Below, one piece after another: positions 8,591-16,123 of a stretch of DNA of 24,000 bases. The notes under the pieces were generated by a model. It had not been told where the DNA came from. It did not search any database and saw only the letters and a program-made list of their open reading frames with translations. Positions within the stretch are counted from its first letter, which is position 1; the number at the start of each line of letters is the position of its first letter. The DNA comes from Kitasatospora hibisci (GTDB lineage Bacteria; Actinomycetota; Actinomycetes; Streptomycetales; Streptomycetaceae): contig NZ_CP171642.1 in the NCBI RefSeq assembly GCF_043950205.1, positions 7,356,294 through 7,380,293 on the forward strand, given 5' to 3'. The position numbers were made by a program, and so were the translations under genes.

Positions 8591-8606
8591 CCGAGGAGAT
8601 ACCGCC

Positions 8607-10220
8607 GTGACCGACCACGCCCCCGCCGACCTGCTGATCCGGTCCCGCGCCGTCCACACGCTCGTCCCCGGCGAGGCTCCACGTCGTGCGCTGGCCGTCA
8701 CCGGCGACCGGATCACCGCGCTGTCCGCCGCGGCCGACGGCCTGGACCACCTGATCGGCCCGGGGACGGAGGTGCTGGACCTGCCCGGCGCCTCCGTGCT
8801 GCCCGCCTTCGACGACACCCACACCCACCTGATCCTCGCCGCACACAGCGTCCACGACGTACCGGTCCACCGGGCCCGCGACCTCGGCGAGTTCCTCGGC
8901 CTGATCCGTGAGCGGGCGGCGAACACACCCCCCGGGCAGTGGATCCGCACCACGATCAACTGGCAGGAGGTCAACCTCGCCGAACAGCGCCTGCCCCGCA
9001 CCGAGGAGTTGGACGCGGCCACCGACCGGCACCCGGTGCTGGTGCGGCGCGGCGCCTACAACATGGTCCTCAACACGCCCGCGCTGCGACTGGCCGGCAT
9101 CACCGGTGCGACCGAGCCTCCGCCCGGCGGCGTGATCGAGCGGGACGAGCAGGGCCGGCTGACCGGCCGGCTGGTCGACAAGGCGGTCGCACTGGCGGAA
9201 CGGGTACTGCCGCGCCCCGCGCTCGCCGATCGCATCGACGGCCTGCGGGCCGCGTCCGCCGACTACGCCGCGACCGGGATCGGCACCGTCCGCGACTGCC
9301 TCGTCCCGGTGGAGGACCTCGACGTGCTCGGTGCGGCCCGCCAGGCCGGTGCGCTGAGCGTGCGGGTGCGCGCCCTGGTCTCCGGCTTCGGGGCCCGCAC
9401 GCCCGCGCAGGTGGACGAACTGCTCGACCGGATGGAGCCCCGGCGCGCCGAGGGCGACGCGTGGTTGAGCGTGTGGGGCGTCAAGTTCGGCATCGACGGC
9501 GGCATCGAGGCGGGCGCCCTGGACGAACCGTACGAAGGCCGCCCGTGCTACCACGGCACCCTGCTCTGGGAGCCGGAGGAGCTGGCCGCCGCGGTCGACC
9601 GGGTGGTCGCGCGCGGCTGGCGGGTCGGCGTGCACGCCTGGGGGGACCGCGGCCTCCGCACGTTGCTGGACGTCTTCGAGCAGGTGCTCAAGGACCGCCC
9701 CGGCCTGGCCCCGGGCACCCTGGTGGTCGAGCACGGCGGCCTGGCCAGGCCCGACCAGCGAGCGCGTGCGATCGCGCTCGGCATCCCGGTCACCGTCCAG
9801 CACCCGCTGCTGCACGACGCGGCGACGGCCCAGATCCGGGCCTGGGGCGCCGAGCGGGTGCGCGGCATCTTCCCGCTGCGGGAGTGGCTGGACGAGGGCG
9901 CGCTGCTGGCGGCCGGCTCGGACTTCCCCGTCGGGCCGTACGGGGCGATGGTCTCGGTCTGGGGTATGACGACCCGGCAGACCGTGGCGGGCGCACAGGG
10001 CGCCGAGCACGCGATCACCCGGGCCGAGGCGATCGCGCTGCACACCGTCGACGCGGCCCGCCTGCTCGGCGAGAGCGGCACCCGCGGGAGCCTGCGCCCC
10101 GGCGCGCTGGCGGACCTCACCCTCTGGCCCGCCGACCCGCTGACCTGCCCGCCCGACGAGCTGGCCGAGCTGCGGCCGCTCCGCACCGTCCTCGGCGGCC
10201 GGACGGTCCACCGGACCTGA
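8607..10220 (+). CDS. Metal-dependent amidohydrolase (amidohydrolase-3 / YtcJ-like)
   Basis: Track ORF. GTG 8607 has GAGGAG 8 nt upstream. HxH metal motif AFDDTHTHL; C-terminal AAGSDFPV block; ~537 aa as in YtcJ-like enzymes. Confidence 0.8.
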   Translation: MTDHAPADLLIRSRAVHTLVPGEAPRRALAVTGDRITALSAAADGLDHLIGPGTEVLDLPGASVLPAFDDTHTHLILAAHSVHDVPVHRARDLGEFLGLIRERAANTPPGQWIRTTINWQEVNLAEQRLPRTEELDAATDRHPVLVRRGAYNMVLNTPALRLAGITGATEPPPGGVIERDEQGRLTGRLVDKAVALAERVLPRPALADRIDGLRAASADYAATGIGTVRDCLVPVEDLDVLGAARQAGALSVRVRALVSGFGARTPAQVDELLDRMEPRRAEGDAWLSVWGVKFGIDGGIEAGALDEPYEGRPCYHGTLLWEPEELAAAVDRVVARGWRVGVHAWGDRGLRTLLDVFEQVLKDRPGLAPGTLVVEHGGLARPDQRARAIALGIPVTVQHPLLHDAATAQIRAWGAERVRGIFPLREWLDEGALLAAGSDFPVGPYGAMVSVWGMTTRQTVAGAQGAEHAITRAEAIALHTVDAARLLGESGTRGSLRPGALADLTLWPADPLTCPPDELAELRPLRTVLGGRTVHRT

Positions 10221-10270
10221 CGGCCGTCCGGCCACGGCCGGGCCGCCGGCGCGCATGCGCTGATCCGCGA

Positions 10271-10292
10271 CTTCATCGGGCTGTCATCGGCC
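10271..10292 (+). promoter_or_regulatory. Copy 1 of a 22-bp element CTTCATCGGGcTGTCATCGGCC (two TCATCGG heptamers, 11-bp register); candidate activator (SARP/OmpR-type) binding site
   Basis: Matches 11179..11200 at 21 of 22 positions. It lies 86 nt upstream of the ATG at 10378. Seven nt after the second heptamer comes CACCGT (A2 and T6 of a -10 retained). Confidence 0.35.
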
Positions 10293-10377
10293 GCTGTCAC
10301 CGTCGTCCGGTGATCTCGGCCGACCGCGTGCCGCACCGGAGAGCGGGCGCGTGGGCCGACTGCGTTGGGAGGAACGA

Positions 10378-11046
10378 ATGCGAGCACGACGGATCGCGGC
10401 CGCGGCAGCCGGAATCCTGCTGACGGTCGGGCTGACAGCGGCACAGGGGGCCACGGCACAGGGGGCCACCGCGCGCGTGACGGCTCCGTGCGAGGGCACC
10501 TACACGATCGTCGTCGGGGGCACCGGCAGCTCGTGGAACAACGACGGGTTCACCGGCAACATCCAGCAGCACGTCGGGTATCCCACCCAGATCCCCAACG
10601 GTGCCAGCACGCGGGCCGGCGTCAACGAGCTGAACCGGCTGGTCCGCGACCAGCGGGCCGCGTGCCCGGGCCAGCACGTCAAGATGGCCGGGTACTCGCT
10701 GGGAGCCGGGGTGGTGCACGTCTGGGTCACCGAGAACTGGCAGACCTTCGACAACGTCAACGCCATCCTCGTCTCGGACCCCAAGCGCCAGGGCCCGCCC
10801 GGGGCCAACGGCGGGGCCGTGCCGTTCGGCGGAATCATCGGGGCTCCGCTCGCCGGTGCCGACAGGTTCTTCGGCAACGTGCCCGTCAAGACGATCTGCC
10901 ACTGGGACTACGTCTGCGACGAGTCCGCCGGCATCTGGACCTACCCGTACAACCACGTCCACAACTACCCCGAAGACTTCAACATGGACCACCACAACGA
11001 CAGTGCCAACGAGGTCTGGTACAACGGCGCCTGGTACCCCGCGTAG
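10378..11046 (+). CDS. Secreted cutinase-like serine hydrolase (divergent)
   Basis: In-frame part of track ORF 10351..11046. ATG 10378 is preceded by GGGAGGAA. Signal peptide MRARRIAAAAAGILLTVGLTAAQG. Cutinase-like layout: Cys near the N-terminus (APCEGTYTIVVGGTGSS), nucleophile elbow ACPGQHVKMAGYSLGAG, VSDPKR, C-terminal ICHWDYVCD..H. Confidence 0.65.
   Translation: MRARRIAAAAAGILLTVGLTAAQGATAQGATARVTAPCEGTYTIVVGGTGSSWNNDGFTGNIQQHVGYPTQIPNGASTRAGVNELNRLVRDQRAACPGQHVKMAGYSLGAGVVHVWVTENWQTFDNVNAILVSDPKRQGPPGANGGAVPFGGIIGAPLAGADRFFGNVPVKTICHWDYVCDESAGIWTYPYNHVHNYPEDFNMDHHNDSANEVWYNGAWYPA
10441..10470 (+). repeat. 15-bp tandem duplication (gcacagggggccacg x2, last base differs) encoding QGATA-QGATA at the signal-peptide/mature junction
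   Basis: Read directly from the sequence; in frame within the cutinase-like CDS. Confidence 0.8.
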
Positions 11047-11090
11047 GCAGTGAACGCCCGTCGGCCGGGCCCGTGGCCGCAGTCCTGCAC

Positions 11091-11130
11091 CGCCTGTCGA
11101 CGGCCGGGAACGTCCGGCCGCCGACAGGCG
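11091..11130 (+). terminator. Stem-loop, candidate intrinsic terminator after the cutinase-like gene
   Basis: Arms are CGCCTGTCGACGGCCGG and CCGGCCGCCGACAGGCG (17 nt, one mismatch) with loop GAACGT, 45 nt after the stop. There is no T-tract, which is common in high-GC actinomycetes. Confidence 0.5.
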
Positions 11131-11178
11131 GTGAGCCGTTTCCGCCGCCGTGCAGCTCTGCCGCCCCGGGGTGCGACG

Positions 11179-11200
11179 CTTCATCGGGATGTCATCGGCC
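11179..11200 (+). promoter_or_regulatory. Copy 2 of the 22-bp element CTTCATCGGGaTGTCATCGGCC; candidate activator binding site plus promoter
   Basis: Heptamers TCATCGG lie at 11181-11187 and 11192-11198. Seven nt downstream is TAGCCT (TAnnnT -10-like, 11206-11211). The ATG of the acylase gene is at 11259. Confidence 0.35.
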
Positions 11201-11258
11201 CTCCCTAGCCTGGCCGTGTTCAGTCAAACGACCGGACCGCAGGGGGAAGGACGACTCG

Positions 11259-13739
11259 ATGGCACGGAGCAGACTCGAAGCGAGGCTGCCGATCGCGGTC
11301 ATGGCCGCGATGGCACTGATGAGCACGGTGGCGGCGGCCGGGACACCGGCCGCCGGGGGCCCGGCCGCCGTACGGGGGCCGGCGCCGGACCGGCCGACGA
11401 TCCGGTACACCGAGTACGGGATCCCGCACATCATCGCCTCGACCCTGGAGGGCCTGGGCGAGGGGTACGGATACGCGGCGGCCAAGGACAACATCTGCAC
11501 CCTGGCCGACACCTACCTGATGGTCAGCGCCCAGCGGTCCCGCTACCTGGGGGCCGACGGCAGGGCGAGCCCCGGCCAGAACCAGAACAGCACCAGCAAT
11601 CTCAACAGCGACCTGTACTTCCAGCGGATGAACGACGACCGGGTGGTGGAGCGACTGCTCGACCAGCCCGCCCCCAACGGGCCGGAGCCGGAGGTCAAGG
11701 AGGCCATCCGCGGCTATGTCCGGGGGTACAACAGGTACCTGGCCGAGACCGGCGTGAACAACCTCTCCGACCCGGCCTGCCGGGGCGCGGCCTGGGTGCG
11801 GCCGATCACCGAGCTGGACGTCTACCGGCACGCGCACGCCGAGATCATCATGGGCAGCGCCGATCCGCTGCTGGACGGCGAGGTGAACGCCGCGCCCCCG
11901 GGAGCCGCCGCCGCGCCGTCCGCCGCCGCGCCGGCGGTCTCCCCGGAGGAGACCGCGGCGAAGATCCGCGAGGCCATGGCCGCGAGCCGGCAACAGGGCA
12001 GCATGGGCAGCAACGCCCTGGCGGTCGGGTCGCAGGGCCTGGCCGCGGGCACCGGCACCAGCATGCTGCTGGCCAACCCGCACTTCCCGTGGCAGGGCAA
12101 GAACCGGATGTGGCAGAGCCAGCTGACGATCCCGGGGAAGATGAACGTCTCCGGGGCCAGCCTGCTCGGACTCCCCGCGGTGAACATCGGGCACACCGAC
12201 GACGTCGCCTGGAGTCACACCGTCGCCACGGTCGCCCCGTTCGGGCTGTTCGACGTGCAGGTGGACCCGCTGCACCCGACCAACTACCTGGTGGACGGCG
12301 CCTGGCAGCAGATGACCTCGCAGCAGGTCGGCGTCGACGTGCTGAATCCGGACGGCTCCCTCGGCAGGGTCACCAGGACGCTGTGGTCCACCCGCTACGG
12401 TCCGGTCACCACCTCCGTGCTCGGCGTCGCGCTGCCCTGGGTGGTGAGTGCGCACGCGGTGCGCGACGCGAACATGGACAACCTGCGGGCCCTGAACACC
12501 TGGTTCCACCTCGACCAGGCCAAGGACGTCGACGACGTGGTGAGCACGCTGGAGACCACGCAGGGCGTGCCGTTCTTCAACACCGTCGCCTCCGACCGCA
12601 AGGGCAACGCGCTGTACGCGGACATCCAGGCCGCCCCGAACATCACCGACGCGCACGCGCAGTCCTGCCTCACCCTGACCGGCCAGGTGCTGTTCAACCA
12701 GCAACTGCGGCTGCCCAACGTGCCGCCGGTCTCCGTCTTCGACGGCAAGCGCAGCGAGTGCGACTGGCCGGACGACCCGAATGCCGTCGCACCGGGACTG
12801 CTGGACCCGCACAAGCAGCCGCGCCTGATCCGGTCCGACTTCGTGGGCAACGCCAACGACAGCGCCTGGCTGGCCAACCCCGAGCAGCCGCTGTCCTTTC
12901 CCCGGGTGATGGGCGACACCGCGGCGCCCCGCTCGCTGCGCACCCAGGAGCTGATCCTGACCGCGCAGAACCGGATCAGCGGCAGCGACGGCCTGCCTGG
13001 CCGGGGTTTCACCCCGGAGGCCATGCGGCAGTTGCTGTTCGCCGACAACAGCAGGGCGGCCGACCTGGCCCTCAACGCCACGGTGAGCATGTGCCGCAGC
13101 CAGCCCTTCGGGCTCGTCCTGGTGGACGGCAACCTGGTCAACGTGAGCGAGGCCTGCCCGATCCTGGCCGCCTGGAACCACAAGTACACCGCGGACAGCC
13201 GAGGGTCCTGGCTGTTCGAGAACTTCTGGTACCTCCTGACCAACGGCCAGGCGATCGAGAAGCTGCCGTGGCGGGTTCCCTTCGACCCCAAGGACCCCGT
13301 GCACACGCCCAACTCGCTGGACCCCGGGAGCTCCGCCGTCCGTGACGCGCTCGGCCGGGCGGTCCTCGCGCTGCGCAACGCGGGCGTTCCGCTGAACGCG
13401 CCGCTGTCGGACGTCCAGAAGATCACCCGCAACGCCGAGCAGATCCCGATCCACGGGGCGATCCACGAAATGGGCGTGCTGAACGTGGTCACTCCCGGAA
13501 CGGTCGACGGAAGGCTGGACATCACCTTCGGCTCCAGCTTCGTCCAGGAGACGCGGTTCACCGCCGACGGCCCGCCGCAGGCCGCCTCGCTGCTGGCCTA
13601 CTCCCAGTCCGCCGACCCGAACTCGCCGCACCACTCGGACCAGACCAAGCTGTTCTCGGCCGGCCAGTGGGTGACCGAACGCTACACCGAGGAGCAGATC
13701 GCGGCCTCACCGGCGCTGGAGATCAAGGTCCTGGACTGA
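11259..13739 (+). CDS. Secreted penicillin-acylase-family Ntn hydrolase (AHL acylase / aculeacin A acylase-like)
   Basis: In-frame part of track ORF 10365..13739. ATG 11259 is preceded by GGGGGAAGGA, and there is a signal peptide. Motifs: TEYGIPHI, the autoprocessing/nucleophile context GSMG-SNALAVGS, and LLANPHFPWQG. ~826 aa. Confidence 0.85.
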   Translation: MARSRLEARLPIAVMAAMALMSTVAAAGTPAAGGPAAVRGPAPDRPTIRYTEYGIPHIIASTLEGLGEGYGYAAAKDNICTLADTYLMVSAQRSRYLGADGRASPGQNQNSTSNLNSDLYFQRMNDDRVVERLLDQPAPNGPEPEVKEAIRGYVRGYNRYLAETGVNNLSDPACRGAAWVRPITELDVYRHAHAEIIMGSADPLLDGEVNAAPPGAAAAPSAAAPAVSPEETAAKIREAMAASRQQGSMGSNALAVGSQGLAAGTGTSMLLANPHFPWQGKNRMWQSQLTIPGKMNVSGASLLGLPAVNIGHTDDVAWSHTVATVAPFGLFDVQVDPLHPTNYLVDGAWQQMTSQQVGVDVLNPDGSLGRVTRTLWSTRYGPVTTSVLGVALPWVVSAHAVRDANMDNLRALNTWFHLDQAKDVDDVVSTLETTQGVPFFNTVASDRKGNALYADIQAAPNITDAHAQSCLTLTGQVLFNQQLRLPNVPPVSVFDGKRSECDWPDDPNAVAPGLLDPHKQPRLIRSDFVGNANDSAWLANPEQPLSFPRVMGDTAAPRSLRTQELILTAQNRISGSDGLPGRGFTPEAMRQLLFADNSRAADLALNATVSMCRSQPFGLVLVDGNLVNVSEACPILAAWNHKYTADSRGSWLFENFWYLLTNGQAIEKLPWRVPFDPKDPVHTPNSLDPGSSAVRDALGRAVLALRNAGVPLNAPLSDVQKITRNAEQIPIHGAIHEMGVLNVVTPGTVDGRLDITFGSSFVQETRFTADGPPQAASLLAYSQSADPNSPHHSDQTKLFSAGQWVTERYTEEQIAASPALEIKVLD

Positions 13740-13783
13740 TGCTCTCGCTCCGCGCAACGACGACACCGACGAGAGGGAACACC

Positions 13784-14866
13784 GTGACGAGGACATGGAG
13801 CCGGTGGCGCATGGTGGTGGCCCTGCTGGCCGCCGTCCTGGCGACGGCCACGACGGCGGGTACGGCACGGGCCGCCGGCGGCACCGGGGCGCCGCCGCCG
13901 ATGGCGAACGGGTTCGGCCTGACCCAGGTCGAACCCGCCGTGGGCGGTCCGACCAACTTCTACCTCACCGTGACCACTCCCGAGGTCACGGGCCGGCACC
14001 ACATCAAGATCATCCTGCCGGGCGGGTACTACGACGACCCGACCAGGCGCTACCCCGTGCTGTACTTCCTGCACGGCTCACCCGACGACCCCGTCCAGCA
14101 GAACTACCCGGCGCTGACCATGTCCGACTCGATGATCACCGTCATCCCGGACGGCGGTGCCCGGGGCTGGTACGCCAACTGGCTCGACCAGAACACCCTG
14201 CTCGGAGCCCAGAACTGGGAGAACTTCCACCTCCGGCAGGTGGTCCCGTTCATCGACGCGAACCTGCGGACCGTCGCCGCCAAGAAGGCCAGGGCCGTCG
14301 CGGGCGTCTCGATGGGCGGCTTCGGGGCCCTCCACTACGCCCAGGACCACCCCGAGCTGTTCAGCCAGACCGCGTCACTGTCGGGAGACATCGATCTGTC
14401 GGCCGACTCCATGGACCTGCGGCTGGCCGTCGTCGCCTCCCTCATCGACGCACAGGGCGCGCTCTGCGGCTCGTCCTCCGGATTCTGCGGCGACCCCGCG
14501 AACGACCCGTACAAGCCCGGCGTGGACAGCGACGCCCTGTTCGGCTCGCCCTACCCGGTCTTCAACGTGGACTGGCGGTGGAACGCGGCCGACCCGTCCC
14601 AGCACATGGACAAACTCGCCGGAGTCGGGGTCTCCATCTACGTGGGCAACGGACGCGGCGTGCCGACCGACCTGGAGTTCTGGCTCGAAGGCGCGTCCAA
14701 GCACGTCAAGGACCGGATGGACGCCCTGGGCATGTCCTACCACTACGTCGACTACGGCGACGGCTCCGGCTGGGGCACCCAGTGCAACGGCGGCCACAAC
14801 GCCGGCTGCTGGGAACAGGACCTCCGGGACCTGATCCCCCGGCTCGAACGGGCCTTCGCTTCCTGA
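13784..14866 (+). CDS. Secreted alpha/beta-hydrolase esterase (esterase D / mycolyltransferase-like family)
   Basis: In-frame part of track ORF 13667..14866. GTG 13784 is preceded by GAGAGGGAA; ATG 13739 is an alternative start. Signal peptide WRMVVALLAAVLATATTAGTARA. Motifs YPVLYFLHG and GVSMGGFGAL (GxSxG). Confidence 0.75.
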   Translation: MTRTWSRWRMVVALLAAVLATATTAGTARAAGGTGAPPPMANGFGLTQVEPAVGGPTNFYLTVTTPEVTGRHHIKIILPGGYYDDPTRRYPVLYFLHGSPDDPVQQNYPALTMSDSMITVIPDGGARGWYANWLDQNTLLGAQNWENFHLRQVVPFIDANLRTVAAKKARAVAGVSMGGFGALHYAQDHPELFSQTASLSGDIDLSADSMDLRLAVVASLIDAQGALCGSSSGFCGDPANDPYKPGVDSDALFGSPYPVFNVDWRWNAADPSQHMDKLAGVGVSIYVGNGRGVPTDLEFWLEGASKHVKDRMDALGMSYHYVDYGDGSGWGTQCNGGHNAGCWEQDLRDLIPRLERAFAS

Positions 14867-14872
14867 GCGTGA

Positions 14873-14902
14873 CCCAGGGCCTGTCCCGTGGACCGGCCCG
14901 GG
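14873..14902. terminator. Bidirectional stem-loop between convergent genes
   Basis: CCCaGGGCC-t-GTCC-cgt-GGAC-c-GGCCCGGG fills the 38-bp gap between the esterase stop (14866) and the regulator stop (14905). Confidence 0.5.
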
Positions 14903-14904
14903 CG

Positions 14905-15975
14905 TCACCGCGTGGCTGCGGTCAGGCCCGGGCCGACCTCGTCCCCGCTCAGGATCAGCCGGTGCGTCTGCCGCAGCAGCCGACTCGGCGCGACCCCCAG
15001 GTCGTCGGCCAGCCGGCGGCGGGCGCGGTCGAACACGGTCAGCGCCTCGGCCTGTCGGCCACTCCGGTACAGCGCACGCATCAGCATCGCGGCCACCGGC
15101 TCGTTCAGGGGGTGCTCCGCAGCCAGGGCGAACAGCTCGGCGGTCGCCTCGGCGCACCGGCCCAGTCGCAGCTGCCACTCCAGCTTCCGCTGGGTGACGG
15201 CGATCCTGCGCTCGGCGAGCCGCAGCCGCTCCAACTCGGCCAGCGGGCCGGGCAGCCCGGCGAGGAGCTCGCCGCGGAACAGGTCCAGGGCCCGGGCACA
15301 GAGGCGGACCGCCTCGGTCGGGTCGCCCGCCCGATGGGCGGCCCCGGCTTCGGTGACCAGGCGCTCCATGCGCGCCAGGTCCACCTCGACCGCACCCGGT
15401 ACCAGCCGGTAGCCGCACCGGGCGTGCTCGATCACCGAGTCCGGGCTGTCCCCGATGCGCAGGGTCTTGCGGAGGCGGTAGATGTGGACCGGTACCACGT
15501 TCGTGACCGGCTGGTCCGACCCCCAGACGCCGTCCAGCAGTTCCTGCTGGCTGACGGTCCGCCCCGCGTGCAGCGCCAGTGCTGCCAGCACGGCTTGCTG
15601 GCGCAGGTGCCCCAGGTCCAGGGACCGCCCGCCCCACCGGGCCTGCAGCGGTCCGAGTACGGAGATCTGCACCTTCGGCCCGGCCGCCGGGCCGGCGGTG
15701 CTGCGCGGAACCGGGCCCGCCGCCTGTGAGCGGGGGCCGCAGCCGGGGGAGACCACTCCGCAGTCGAAGGCGTGGACGATGGCGGCGGCGCGGTCGCGCA
15801 GCCCGAGCTTCCCGAGGATCCGCGCGACGTGCCCGGCCACGGCCTCCTCGGAGATCGCGAGGGCGGTGGCGATCTCGTCGTCCCGCAGGCCGCAGCCGAC
15901 CGCGTGGAGCACGTCGCGCTCGTGGGGACCGAGCGCGGCGGCGTTCGGCCGGCGGGTGGTGGCGGTCGTCGGCAT
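14905..15975 (-). CDS. Transcriptional regulator: N-terminal LuxR/GerE-type HTH fused to a SARP module (OmpR-type winged helix + BTAD)
   Basis: In-frame part of track ORF 14905..16752. ATG at 15975 is preceded by GGGAG. LuxR HTH: ERDVLHAVGCGLRDDEIATALAISEEAVAGHVARILGKLGLRDRAAA. SARP: ISVLGPLQARWGGRSLDLG..RQQAVLAALAL..IYRLRKTL..GYRL. The BTAD region follows (DLARMERL..LRLAERRI..MRALYRSGRQAEALTVFDRARRRLADDLGVAPS). Confidence 0.8.
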   Translation of the reverse strand: MPTTATTRRPNAAALGPHERDVLHAVGCGLRDDEIATALAISEEAVAGHVARILGKLGLRDRAAAIVHAFDCGVVSPGCGPRSQAAGPVPRSTAGPAAGPKVQISVLGPLQARWGGRSLDLGHLRQQAVLAALALHAGRTVSQQELLDGVWGSDQPVTNVVPVHIYRLRKTLRIGDSPDSVIEHARCGYRLVPGAVEVDLARMERLVTEAGAAHRAGDPTEAVRLCARALDLFRGELLAGLPGPLAELERLRLAERRIAVTQRKLEWQLRLGRCAEATAELFALAAEHPLNEPVAAMLMRALYRSGRQAEALTVFDRARRRLADDLGVAPSRLLRQTHRLILSGDEVGPGLTAATR

Positions 15976-16123
15976 CGCTGCTCCCTGGACTCCGGGCCGG
16001 CCGGTCCGGCGGACGCCGTCGACGGTAGTGACGGGCGCCCCGGGCCCGTAATCCGGAACGATCCGGAGGAGGGCGCACGGCGGTTCCCGCCGTGGACGCC
16101 CGGTCAGGACCGCGGGCAGCCGG

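Noticed and set aside
7616-10459. Antisense/alternative ORFs 7616..9022 -, 8496..10256 -, 8939..10423 +, 9548..10459 -, 7612..8610 +
   Set aside because: These are shadow ORFs opposite or overlapping the PaaX and amidohydrolase genes. They have no motifs and extreme Arg/Pro/Gly content.
11150-13634. ORFs 11150..13345 + (731 aa) and 11220..13634 - (804 aa) overlapping the acylase gene
   Set aside because: Low-complexity shadow frames. The frame starting at 11259 has the signal peptide and the Ntn-acylase motifs.
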